Shown one piece after another: positions 41,824 to 50,687 of a stretch of 64,000 bases of DNA. Under the pieces are notes generated by a model. The model did not search any database and was not told the origin of the DNA. It saw nothing but the letters and a program-made list of their open reading frames with translations. The stretch is from Opitutia bacterium (lineage in GTDB: Bacteria > Verrucomicrobiota > Verrucomicrobiia > Opitutales > Opitutaceae): positions 37,242 through 101,241 of the forward strand of contig JACPIS010000040.1 in NCBI GenBank assembly GCA_016187925.1, written 5' to 3'. The translations under genes were made by a program, and so were the position numbers. The first letter of the stretch is position 1. The number at the start of each line of letters is the position of its first letter.

Positions 41824-43776
41824 ATGAGACTTTCCCCTCTCTCCCGGTTTCAACTCGCTGCGGCGGGTTGTCTCGCTCTCACGATCGCTTCGGCCCGGCT
41901 CGGGGCCGACGTCATTCCCGCCTCGCTCTTCTGCGATCACGCGGTGCTGCAACAAGGCCTGCCTGTGCCCGTCTGGGGCACGGCCGACGAAGGCGAGCAG
42001 GTGGCGGTCGAGTTCGCGGGCCAGCACGTGAGCACCACCGCCCACGATGGTCGCTGGCTCGTGCGGTTGGCCCCGCTCCAAGCCGGTGGACCGCACACGC
42101 TCACGATCACGGGACGCAATCGCGTGGTCATTTCCGATGTGCTCGTCGGCGAAGTCTGGGTGTGCAGCGGCCAGTCGAACATGGAACGCCATCTCGGGCC
42201 GCAGGAAGGCCAGCTGCCGCTCGTCAACTGGGAGCTTGCGGTCGCCGCGGCCGACTTGCCGCAAATCCGCCACTTCGGCGTGGCGCACAAGATCACGTTC
42301 GGCCCCGAGACCGCCGTCGACGGGCAATGGCTCGTCTGCTCGCCCGCCACCGCGCCCGAATTCACCGCGGTCGGCTTCTATTTCGGCCGCGCCATCCATC
42401 AGGCGCGCGGCGTGCCCGTCGGCCTCATCCACAGTTCCTGGGGCGGCACGCCCGCCGAGGCGTGGATGAGCGGTGCCGCCCTCGATGCGCAACCGGATTA
42501 CGCCACGGCGCGCGCCGACCAGGAACTGGCCCGCAAGGATCCCGCGGCGGCCCGCGCCCGCTTCGAGCAGAACCGCGCCAACTGGTACGCCCAGGGCGAC
42601 CCCGGCCAGCGGGCCGCCGTGCCGTGGAACGCGCCCCAAGCCGACGAGACCGGCTGGGGCACGATGCAGCTGCCCGCCGAATGGGAAAAGGCCGGCCTGC
42701 CCGACTACGACGGCCTCGTCTGGTTCCGTCGCGAGTTCGAGCTGCCGGCCGACTGGGCCGGCCATCCGGCCGATCTGCATCTCGGGGCCATCGACGATGC
42801 CGACACGACCTGGGTGAACGGCCAGCAGGTCGGCGCCACGCACGATTGGCAGGCTCGGCGCGTCTACCCGGTGCCCGCCGTGTTGCTCCACCCCGGACGC
42901 AACGTCGTGGCTGTGCGCGTGCTCGACACCGGTGGCGGCGGCGGCCTGTGGGGCAACGGCGACGCGATGCGACTCACCCGCTCCGATGACCCCACGCACG
43001 CCCCCATCAGCCTGAGCGGCGCCTGGCGCTACCGGGCCGCGGCCACGCTTGAGTCGCTTCCCCCGCTCCCGCTGGAAATGTTCCAGAACGCCAATGTCCC
43101 CGGCGTGCTCTTCAACGGCATGATCGCCCCGTTGCAGCCCTACGCCATCCGCGGTGTCATCTGGTATCAGGGCGAGACCAATTCCGGGCGCTCGCGGCAG
43201 TATCGCACGCTGTTCCCGGCTCTCATCGCCGATTGGCGGCGTGGTTGGGGCGAAGGCGACTTCCCGTTCCTCTTCGTGCAAATCGCGCCGCACGACGGCA
43301 TGGTGCCCGGCATCCGTGAGGCGCAGCTGCTGGCGTGGCAGAACACGCCCAACACCGCCATGGCCGTGACCCTCGACGTGGGCAACGAGACGGATATCCA
43401 TCCCGCCAACAAGCAGCCTGTGGGCGAGCGCCTCGCGCTCGCGGCGCGCGCGCTGGCCTACGGCGAGCAGTTGGAATACTCCGGCCCGGTCTACGCGTCG
43501 GCCGAGTTCAAGGCCGGCCGCGCCGTGCTGCACTTCACGCATGTCGGCGGCGGACTCGTCGCCCCCGGCGGCGAACTGCACGGCTTCACCGTCGCCGGTG
43601 CCGACCAGGTTTTCCATCCCGCCCAAGCCATGATCGTAGGCGACACGATCGAGGTGAGCGCCGAGGGCGTGACGGGGCCCGTGGCCGTGCGCTACGCATG
43701 GGCCAACTTCGCCCAAGGCAATCTCTACAACCGCACCGGCCTGCCCGCCTCGCCGTTCCGGACGGACGTAGACTGA
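41824..43776 (+). CDS. Sialate O-acetylesterase-like SGNH hydrolase, secreted
   Basis: Signal peptide MRLSPLSRFQLAAAGCLALTIASA, GEVWVCSGQSNME nucleophile block, and WYQGE.N and DIHPANK blocks. Confidence 0.8.
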   Translation: MRLSPLSRFQLAAAGCLALTIASARLGADVIPASLFCDHAVLQQGLPVPVWGTADEGEQVAVEFAGQHVSTTAHDGRWLVRLAPLQAGGPHTLTITGRNRVVISDVLVGEVWVCSGQSNMERHLGPQEGQLPLVNWELAVAAADLPQIRHFGVAHKITFGPETAVDGQWLVCSPATAPEFTAVGFYFGRAIHQARGVPVGLIHSSWGGTPAEAWMSGAALDAQPDYATARADQELARKDPAAARARFEQNRANWYAQGDPGQRAAVPWNAPQADETGWGTMQLPAEWEKAGLPDYDGLVWFRREFELPADWAGHPADLHLGAIDDADTTWVNGQQVGATHDWQARRVYPVPAVLLHPGRNVVAVRVLDTGGGGGLWGNGDAMRLTRSDDPTHAPISLSGAWRYRAAATLESLPPLPLEMFQNANVPGVLFNGMIAPLQPYAIRGVIWYQGETNSGRSRQYRTLFPALIADWRRGWGEGDFPFLFVQIAPHDGMVPGIREAQLLAWQNTPNTAMAVTLDVGNETDIHPANKQPVGERLALAARALAYGEQLEYSGPVYASAEFKAGRAVLHFTHVGGGLVAPGGELHGFTVAGADQVFHPAQAMIVGDTIEVSAEGVTGPVAVRYAWANFAQGNLYNRTGLPASPFRTDVD

Positions 43777-43830
43777 GGCTGGCGACCGGCTGCGACCTTG
43801 TTTGTCGCGGACGAAGTTCGCTCACTCGCC

Positions 43831-43867
43831 AAAGAAAAACGCGCCGACCTGGCGGTGCGGCGCGTTG
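43831..43867 (-). terminator. Rho-independent terminator after rplQ
   Basis: The minus strand reads AACGCGCCG-CACCGCCAGGT-CGGCGCGTT followed by TTTCTTT. Confidence 0.7.
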
Positions 43868-43894
43868 AAGTTTTGCGGAAGTTAAGCGCGAGGC

Positions 43895-44395
43895 TCAGGC
43901 CTTGGGCTCGTCGGCCTTGGGGGCCTCGGCGGCGGCTTCGGTCGCGGCGGCTTTCTTGCCCCCGGACTTCTTCGCCTTCTTGGCGCCCTTGGACTTCTTG
44001 TAGCCCTGGTCCTCGGCACCGACGAACTCGATGAGCGCCATCTCGGCGGCGTCGCCGATGCGCTGCGGGCCGAGCTTGTAGATGCGGGTGTAGCCGCCCG
44101 AGCGCTTCTCGAACTGCTTCACCTTCTCGTTGAAGAGGAGGGTGACGGCACCTTCGTCGCGGATGTCCTTGAGGGCCATGCGGCGGAGGTGGATGGCGTC
44201 CTTCTTCTCAGCGGCGGCCGCGGCCTTCTTGGCCTTGGTGATCACCTTCTCGATGAAGGGGCGCAGGGCCTTGGCCTTCGTGAGGGTGGTCTCGATGCGA
44301 CCGTGCTTGATGAGGGAGGCACCCATGTTGGAGAGCATCGCGGAGCGGTGCTCACGGGTGACGCCGAGGGAGGCGTGGTGTTTATTGTGACGCAT
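43895..44395 (-). CDS. rplQ: 50S ribosomal protein L17 (with Ala/Lys-rich C-terminal tail)
   Basis: Contains MRHNKHHASLGVTREHR... and lies last in the alpha operon. Confidence 0.96.
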   Translation of the reverse strand: MRHNKHHASLGVTREHRSAMLSNMGASLIKHGRIETTLTKAKALRPFIEKVITKAKKAAAAAEKKDAIHLRRMALKDIRDEGAVTLLFNEKVKQFEKRSGGYTRIYKLGPQRIGDAAEMALIEFVGAEDQGYKKSKGAKKAKKSGGKKAAATEAAAEAPKADEPKA

Positions 44396-44547
44396 TGGGT
44401 GGTTTTAGATGTGGTCCCCGATCGGCAATTTGGTTTTCCGGAACAGAGTAAGCGGACGATTACTTTGAGTTGGCGTCAGTTTGCTCTGCTTGGAAAAACC
44501 GCTCGCAGCGTTGGGCGGCAGCGGACGGCGCGAGAACCAAGGTTAAA

Positions 44548-44640
44548 TTTATGATTTATGAGTTACGAATTACGATTGGTCGGACCTGGGATCGAAAATT
44601 GCCGGAGCAACCGTAAATCCTAAATCGTGATTCGTAAATC
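44548..44640. repeat. Two inverted arrays of 4 x 7-nt AT-rich repeats (TTTATGA TTTATGA GTTACGA ATTACGA / CGTAAAT CCTAAAT CGTGATT CGTAAAT)
   Basis: Read directly. It starts 4 nt after the rpoA stop. Composition is unusual for this genome. Confidence 0.8.
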
Positions 44641-44643
44641 GCC

Positions 44644-45645
44644 TCAGGCTTCCTTCTTGGTGTCGAGGAGGCGCTCGTCGAACTTCATGCCGAGCGACAG
44701 GCCGAGGGCCTCGAGCTTCTCCTTGATTTCGTTGAGGGACTTCTTGCCGAAGTTGCGGTACTTGAGCATCTCCTGCTCGGTCTTCATCGCCAGCTCGCCG
44801 ACGGTGGTGATGTTGGCGTTGTTGAGGCAGTTGGCGGCGCGGACCGACAGCTCGATCTCGTTGACCGACATGTTGAGGAGCTTGCGGAGCTTGTTCTGCT
44901 CTTCGGAGACCTCCTGGGTCTGGGACTCGAACTCGTAGGATTCCTGCGAGACGCGGTCGAAGACGTCGAGGTGGTGCTTGAGGATGGAGGCGGACTGCTT
45001 GAGGGCGTCGTCCGGCGTGATGCGGCCGTCCGTCCAGACTTCGAGGACGAGCTTGTCGTAATCGGTGATCTGGCCGACGCGGGTGTTCTCGACGGCGTAG
45101 CGCACGAGGCGGACCGGGGAGAAGAGCGAGTCGATCGGGATGACGCCGATGGCCTGGTCTTCCTTCTTGTTCTCCTCGCCGGGGAAGTAGCCGCGGCCGG
45201 TCTTGATCTCGAGCTCGGCCTCGAAGGCGCGCTTGTGGTCGAGGGTGCAGATGACCTGGTCGGGGTTGATGATCTTCACGCCCGCATCGAGCTGGATGTC
45301 GGCGGCGGTGACGGGGCCTTCCTTGTTGACCTTGAGGTGGAGACGCATCGGCTCGCGCTTTTCGGAGACGATGAGAATCTTCTTCAGGTTGAGGACGATG
45401 TCGGTGACATCCTCGACGACGCCGTCGATGGACTGGAACTCGTGGTTCACGCCGTCGATCTTGATCGAGCTGATGGCGCTGCCCTCGATGGACGAGAGGA
45501 GCACGCGGCGGAGCGAGTTGCCCACGGTGTGGCCATAGCCGGCCTCGAAGGGTTCGGCGATGAACTTGGCGTAGGTGGACGTGGCACCCTCCTCGACCTT
45601 GGTGAGCTTGGAGGGGAGTTCGAATTTTCCGAGACGCTTGGGCAT
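44644..45645 (-). CDS. rpoA: DNA-directed RNA polymerase subunit alpha
   Basis: 333 aa. Contains EPFE.GYGHT.GN.LRR.LLSS and a C-terminal-domain helix-hairpin-helix (ELSVRAANCL). Confidence 0.97.
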   Translation of the reverse strand: MPKRLGKFELPSKLTKVEEGATSTYAKFIAEPFEAGYGHTVGNSLRRVLLSSIEGSAISSIKIDGVNHEFQSIDGVVEDVTDIVLNLKKILIVSEKREPMRLHLKVNKEGPVTAADIQLDAGVKIINPDQVICTLDHKRAFEAELEIKTGRGYFPGEENKKEDQAIGVIPIDSLFSPVRLVRYAVENTRVGQITDYDKLVLEVWTDGRITPDDALKQSASILKHHLDVFDRVSQESYEFESQTQEVSEEQNKLRKLLNMSVNEIELSVRAANCLNNANITTVGELAMKTEQEMLKYRNFGKKSLNEIKEKLEALGLSLGMKFDERLLDTKKEA

Positions 45646-45703
45646 TTGGATAGTCTCTAGTTGAGAGTTGAGTGTTGAGTGTTAAGCGACCGGCAAGACT
45701 GGC

Positions 45704-46315
45704 TTAGAAACGGGAATAAAACTCGACGATGAGCTGCTCGTTGATCGAGGGGTCCATCTCGTCACGGGTGGGCAGGCGGTTGACGACGGCCGAGAGGGCC
45801 TCGTCGTTGCGCGTGAGCCAGCCGGGGACGACGCGGGCCCGGTTCTCCTCCAGGGCGCGCGTGGCGATCTGGCGGGAGTTGTTGTTGGCTTTGATCTCGA
45901 TGGTGTGGCCGGCGAGCACGTTGAAGCTCGGGATGTCGACCTTGTGGCCGTTGACCTTCACGTGGCCGTGGTTGACGAGCTGGCGGGCCTGCGCGCGGGA
46001 CTTGGCGAAGCCGAGCAGATAGATGACGCTGTCGAGGCGGGTCTCGAGGAGCTGCAGGAAGCGCTCGCCGGTGACGCCGCGCTCCTTCTTGGCGGTGGCG
46101 AACACGCGGCGGAACTGGCGCTCGAGCAGGCCGTAGATAAAGCGGAGCTTCTGCTTCTCGGCGAGGCCGAGGGCGTACTCCGACATCTTGCGGCGCGACT
46201 TGGGGCCGTGCTGGCCGGGCGGGAAATTACGGCGCTCGAGGACCTTGGCGGAGCCGAGGACGTAGGTGCCGAAGCGGCGGCTGACGCGGGTGGTGGGACC
46301 GGTATAACGGGCCAT
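45704..46315 (-). CDS. rpsD: 30S ribosomal protein S4
   Basis: MARYTGP..R.SRR..., S4 domain. Confidence 0.97.
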   Translation of the reverse strand: MARYTGPTTRVSRRFGTYVLGSAKVLERRNFPPGQHGPKSRRKMSEYALGLAEKQKLRFIYGLLERQFRRVFATAKKERGVTGERFLQLLETRLDSVIYLLGFAKSRAQARQLVNHGHVKVNGHKVDIPSFNVLAGHTIEIKANNNSRQIATRALEENRARVVPGWLTRNDEALSAVVNRLPTRDEMDPSINEQLIVEFYSRF

Positions 46316-46341
46316 GGTGGGACGGGTTTAAAGTTGGAGGG

Positions 46342-46962
46342 TTAGACGCGACGGCGCTTGCGCGGGCGGCAGCCGTTGTGCGGCACCGGGGTGACGTCGA
46401 TGATGGAGGAAATCTCCAGGCCGATGGCCTGGAGACCGCGGATGGCGGAGTCGCGGCCGAGGCCGGGACCGCTGACGCGGATCTGGACCTCCTTGAGGCC
46501 GTGGGCCATGGCGTTGCGGGCGGCGTCCTGCGCCACGACCTGGGCGGCGTAGGCGGTGGACTTGCGCGAGCCGCGGAAGTTGCACTTGCCGGCCGAGGAC
46601 CAGGAGATGACGTTGCCCTTCGCATCCGTGATGGAGACGATGGTGTTGTTGAAGGACGCGGTGACGTTCGCGATGCCGGAGGTGATGTTCTTCGAACCCT
46701 TGGCCTTGCGGACCTTGATCGCACCGAGCTCCTCCTTCAGGAGGTCCTCGGCGGAGGGGGCCTTGGCGACGCCGCCGACGAGCTCGACGGGCTTGGCGTC
46801 AGCCGCGGGAGCTGCCGGGGCAGCGCCTTCGGCGGGCTTGTCGGCCTTGGGGGCCTTCGGAGCCTTGGCGGGCTTCTCGGCCGCGGGGGCGGCGGGAGCA
46901 GCAGCAGCGACGTCCTTCTTGGGCGCCTTTTCCTTCTTGGGAGTGGATTTCTCTTCGGACAT
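46342..46962 (-). CDS. rpsK: 30S ribosomal protein S11 with an N-terminal extension of about 75 aa (Ala/Pro/Lys-rich)
   Basis: The core reads ...[20 protein letters not shown]...CRPRKRRRV. There is no in-frame ATG or GTG between 46962 and the conserved core. Confidence 0.93.
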   Translation of the reverse strand: MSEEKSTPKKEKAPKKDVAAAAPAAPAAEKPAKAPKAPKADKPAEGAAPAAPAADAKPVELVGGVAKAPSAEDLLKEELGAIKVRKAKGSKNITSGIANVTASFNNTIVSITDAKGNVISWSSAGKCNFRGSRKSTAYAAQVVAQDAARNAMAHGLKEVQIRVSGPGLGRDSAIRGLQAIGLEISSIIDVTPVPHNGCRPRKRRRV

Positions 46963-46980
46963 GGAGATCAGTTTTTAGGA

Positions 46981-47361
46981 TTAGGCTTCCTTGGCCTTGG
47001 ACACGCCGACGGTCTTGCGCGGGCCCTTGCGGGTGCGGGCGTTGGTGGAGGTGCGCTGACCGCGGACCGGGAGGCCGCGGCGGTGGCGGATGCCACGGTA
47101 GCAATTGATGGCCTGGAGGCGCTTGAGGTTGCCGGCGATCTCGCGGCGGAGATCGCCCTCCACCACCCACTTGTTGTCGGTGATGATGTGGAGGATCTTG
47201 TTCAGCTGCTCTTCGGAGAGATCCGAAGCGCGCATGTTCGCGTCGAGACCGGCGGTCTCGATGATGAGGTCGGCACGGGCGGGGCCAATGCCGTAGATGT
47301 ACCGGAGGGAGTATCCGATCTTCTTTTTGGCGGGGAGTTCAACGCCGAGGAGACGAGGCAT
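46981..47361 (-). CDS. rpsM: 30S ribosomal protein S13
   Basis: [11 protein letters not shown]....L..IYGIG... Confidence 0.97.
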   Translation of the reverse strand: MPRLLGVELPAKKKIGYSLRYIYGIGPARADLIIETAGLDANMRASDLSEEQLNKILHIITDNKWVVEGDLRREIAGNLKRLQAINCYRGIRHRRGLPVRGQRTSTNARTRKGPRKTVGVSKAKEA

Positions 47362-47411
47362 ATTGTGGTTTAGTTGAGAGTTGGTGGTTGAAAGTTGAGT
47401 GAAAGGGAAAG

Positions 47412-48191
47412 TCAGGAGGCGGCGCGCGGGACCGTGAGGATCTCGGGGCCGGAATCGGTCGTGAGCACGGTGTGTTCGAAGTGGGCGGAGGGCTTGCCGT
47501 CGGCGGTGACGATGGTCCAGCCGTCGCTGAGGGTGCGGACCTGATGGACGCCGAGGTTGACCATGGGCTCGATGGCGAGGGTCATGCCGGGCTTGATCTT
47601 CTCGCCCGTGCCTTTGCGGCCGAAGTTCGGGATCTGCGGCTCCTCGTGCATCGACTGGCCGACGCCGTGGCCGACCATTTCGCGGACGATGCCGAAGCCG
47701 TGGGCTTCGACGTAGACCTGGATCGCATGCGAGATGTCGCCGATACGGTTGCCGACCTGCGCCTGCTCGATGCCGATGTAAAGGGCGCGCTCGGTGACCT
47801 TCAGCAGCTCGGCGACGCGCGGGGCGATGTGGCCGATGGGGACCGTGATCGCGTTGTCGCCGATGTAGCCGTTGTATTCGACGGTCACGTCGAGAGCGAT
47901 GATGTCGCCGTCGCGGAGGATGCGCTTCAGTGAGCCGATGCCGTGGACGACCTCTTCGTTGACGGAGAGACAGGTGTAGGCGGGGAAAGGCCGCCCGGAA
48001 CCATGCCGGTAACCGTAGGGCGCGCTGCGCGCGCCGTAGGAAGCGATGAGGTCGCGTCCGATCTGATCCAAGTCGTAGGTGGTGACACCCGGCCGGGCCT
48101 GCTCCTTCAGCTTCGCCAGAATTTCGGCGGCGATGGCGCAGGCTTCACGCATGCGGCGGATAGCCTCCGCGTTTTTGATCGGGATGGCCAT
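47412..48191 (-). CDS. map: Methionine aminopeptidase, type I
   Basis: Metal ligands occur in D.IALDV, GDNA, HGVGQ..HE and IEPM blocks. The start is ATG 48191. Confidence 0.94.
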   Translation of the reverse strand: MAIPIKNAEAIRRMREACAIAAEILAKLKEQARPGVTTYDLDQIGRDLIASYGARSAPYGYRHGSGRPFPAYTCLSVNEEVVHGIGSLKRILRDGDIIALDVTVEYNGYIGDNAITVPIGHIAPRVAELLKVTERALYIGIEQAQVGNRIGDISHAIQVYVEAHGFGIVREMVGHGVGQSMHEEPQIPNFGRKGTGEKIKPGMTLAIEPMVNLGVHQVRTLSDGWTIVTADGKPSAHFEHTVLTTDSGPEILTVPRAAS

Positions 48192-48664
48192 CAGGCGGCA
48201 GCGCGTGTGGCTCCGGTGAGGAGCCCTTGTGTGCGGTAGTGAGTGACGACGAGGTCGGCCGAGAGCGGGTCGGCGGCGTAACAACCGGTGAGGGTTTCGC
48301 CGCGGGCCTCGAGCCATTCGTCGAGCACTTTGGCTTGGAGCAACGTAGCCGGGAAGCCTTCGAGAAGGAATCCCGCATCGGGTTTGCGCGCCCAGAACCA
48401 CTTGCGGAAAACCGCGAGGATGAACTGGTCGGCATGCTGCCGTCCGGCAGCATGCGAGAGCGCCACGGCGGCCTGTTGGCCGTGCGGCGTGCGACGCGAA
48501 ATCTCCTGTTGCACGAGAGTCGCAGGAGAGACGTGCTCAATTGAGAAAGAACGGGCTCGGGCCTTCAAATCCGCGAAATGCGGACCGTCCGGACCAAGGA
48601 GAACGAGCTTCGCTTTCGGCGAGCCGAAAGCGGAAAAGGCGCTGGAGTGTTCAGCCCTTTTCAC
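48191..48664 (-). CDS. Adenylate-kinase-like protein lacking P-loop and LID (degenerate Adk)
   Basis: Occupies the secY-adk-map position. Aligns by eye to Adk (LVLLGPDGPHFAD versus ILLGAPGAGKGTQ; GFLLEGFPAT versus GFLLDGFPRT). 157 aa with a GTG start. Its stop overlaps the map ATG. Confidence 0.65.
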   Translation of the reverse strand: MKRAEHSSAFSAFGSPKAKLVLLGPDGPHFADLKARARSFSIEHVSPATLVQQEISRRTPHGQQAAVALSHAAGRQHADQFILAVFRKWFWARKPDAGFLLEGFPATLLQAKVLDEWLEARGETLTGCYAADPLSADLVVTHYRTQGLLTGATRAAA

Positions 48665-48676
48665 CGAAGTAAAGAG

Positions 48677-50176
48677 TTAAAGAGCGTAGTGGCGCACCGC
48701 CCAAGCCGTCAGACCGACCAGGAGGATAACCACCATCACGGAAACGAGTTGCATCACCGTTTTGTCCGAGGCCGCTTCGCCCAGCGCCATTTGCGCCGAG
48801 GTGCTGCGCCCGCGGATGCGGCCTTTCTTGAGGAAGCCGTCGTAGTGACGCTGGAGCAGGAAGGTCTCGATCTGGCGCATCGTGTCGAGGATGACGCCGA
48901 CCGTGATCAGCATGCCCGTGCCGCCGAAGAAATAGGCGATGCGTGCCGGAACCTTGAAGTTGAAGAGCAACACGTCCGGAATGACCGCGATGATCGTCAG
49001 GAAGATAGCGCCCGCGAGCGTGAGACGGGTCATGACGAAGTCGAGGAAGCTGGCCGTCGGCTCGCCCGGGCGGACGCCGGGGATGTAGCCGCCGTATTTC
49101 TTCAGATCATCGGCGACCTGGATCGGCTTGAACATGACCGATACCCAGAAATAGCTGAAGAACAGGATGAGCAGCGTCATGCCCGCGTAGTAGACCCAGT
49201 CGCCGCGGAGCAGCTTGTTGGAAAACTCGACGAGGAATTTGACGTCGAGGGCGGCGCCGAGCTGGGAGAAAATCTGCTGCGGGAAGAGCAGGATGGCGCT
49301 GGCAAAGATGACCGGCATGACGCCCGAGTAGTTGACCTTGAGCGGCAGGAATGAACTCTGCCCACCCATGACCTTCTGGCCGACCACGCGCTTGGCGTAC
49401 TGGACCGGGATTTTTCGCTGGCCTTGCGTGACCGCGATGATGCCCGTCGTCACGATGAGAAACAGGGCGATCATGATGATACCCTGCGGCAGACCGAGGC
49501 TGGCGGTGCCGACCGGTGCCGCAAAGAGCTGGTAGGTGGCAGTCGCCGCGCCGGGGATGTCGGCGAGGATGCCGACGGTGATGAGCAGGGAGACACCGTT
49601 GCCGATGCCGCGCTGGGTGATCTGTTCGCCGAGCCACATGAGCAGCAGCGTGCCCGCGGTCATGAAGATGGTGGACTGGATGAGGAACCAGGTCCTGCCG
49701 ACGACGACGATCTGGCCGTAGTGGTTGACGTCGAACCCGGCGAAGAGGCGCGCGGGATTCTCGAGCGCGAGGATGAGGAGCACGCCCTGGATCAAGCAGA
49801 TGATGACCGTCAGGTAGCGGGTGTACTGCGTGAGCTTCTGGCGGCCGACATCGCCCTCCTGCTGGAGCCGGCTGAAGGCCGGCACGACCGCGGTCATCAG
49901 CTGGAAGATGATCGAGGCGCTGATGTACGGCATGATGCCCAGCGCGCAGACGGCACCCTTCACGAGTGCGCCGCCGGTGAACATGTTGTAGAGGCCCACG
50001 AGGGCGCTGCCCCCACCGGCCGTCTGGTCGGTGAAAAAGAGCTGGAGCGGATGCGGGTCGATGCCGGGCAGCGGGATGTGCGCGCCGACGCGCGCGATGA
50101 ACAGCAGCGACAGCGTGTAGAGGATTCGCGAGCGGAGCTCGGGAATCTTCATCGAGTTCGTGAAGGCGGAGAACAT
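48677..50176 (-). CDS. secY: Preprotein translocase subunit SecY (with C-terminal extension)
   Basis: 499 aa, 10-TM SecY core (MFSAF....IPELR.RIL.TL) plus about 46 extra C-terminal residues. Confidence 0.96.
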   Translation of the reverse strand: MFSAFTNSMKIPELRSRILYTLSLLFIARVGAHIPLPGIDPHPLQLFFTDQTAGGGSALVGLYNMFTGGALVKGAVCALGIMPYISASIIFQLMTAVVPAFSRLQQEGDVGRQKLTQYTRYLTVIICLIQGVLLILALENPARLFAGFDVNHYGQIVVVGRTWFLIQSTIFMTAGTLLLMWLGEQITQRGIGNGVSLLITVGILADIPGAATATYQLFAAPVGTASLGLPQGIIMIALFLIVTTGIIAVTQGQRKIPVQYAKRVVGQKVMGGQSSFLPLKVNYSGVMPVIFASAILLFPQQIFSQLGAALDVKFLVEFSNKLLRGDWVYYAGMTLLILFFSYFWVSVMFKPIQVADDLKKYGGYIPGVRPGEPTASFLDFVMTRLTLAGAIFLTIIAVIPDVLLFNFKVPARIAYFFGGTGMLITVGVILDTMRQIETFLLQRHYDGFLKKGRIRGRSTSAQMALGEAASDKTVMQLVSVMVVILLVGLTAWAVRHYAL

Positions 50177-50243
50177 TAGAGGGGTGGAGCCTGAGTGATG
50201 GTTGGCGGCGGGCCCGGAGGTGGGCCTGCCCTACCCTGCGGTC

Positions 50244-50687
50244 TTAGGCGACGATCGCGGAGCCGCCGGCCTTCTCGATCTTGGCCTTGGCGGAACCGGA
50301 GAACTTCGCGGCGGTGACCTTGAGCGCGCGGCTGAGCTCGCCGTCGCCGAGGATCTTGAGGAGCGCGCCGTCGCGGACGAGGCCGGCCTTGGCCAGCACC
50401 TCGGCGTTCACCTCGGTGACCTGGGCGTCGAGCTTGGCGAGATCGCCGACATTCACCACGCCGTAGCTGGTGCGGTATTCGTAGTTGTTGAAGCCGCGGT
50501 GCGGGAGCTTGCGGTACAGGGGCATCTGGCCGCCTTCGAAGCCGGGGCGGATCGAGCCGCCCGAGCGGGCGGTCTGGCCCTTGCCGCCCTTGCCGGAGGT
50601 CTTGCCATGGCCGCCGCCTTCGCCGCAACCGACGCGCTTACGACGGTGCACGGCACCTTTGACGTTCTTGAGAGAGTGGAGACGCAT
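50244..50687 (-). CDS. rplO: 50S ribosomal protein L15
   Basis: Gly-rich GGGHGKTSGKGGKGQ block, in the spc operon position. Confidence 0.96.
   Translation of the reverse strand: MRLHSLKNVKGAVHRRKRVGCGEGGGHGKTSGKGGKGQTARSGGSIRPGFEGGQMPLYRKLPHRGFNNYEYRTSYGVVNVGDLAKLDAQVTEVNAEVLAKAGLVRDGALLKILGDGELSRALKVTAAKFSGSAKAKIEKAGGSAIVA

Noticed and set aside
41725-43716. Remainder of the 742-aa minus-strand ORF upstream of the small zinc-ribbon protein
   Set aside because: It is antisense to the sialate esterase gene. Only the last 78 codons (41488..41724) look like a real gene.
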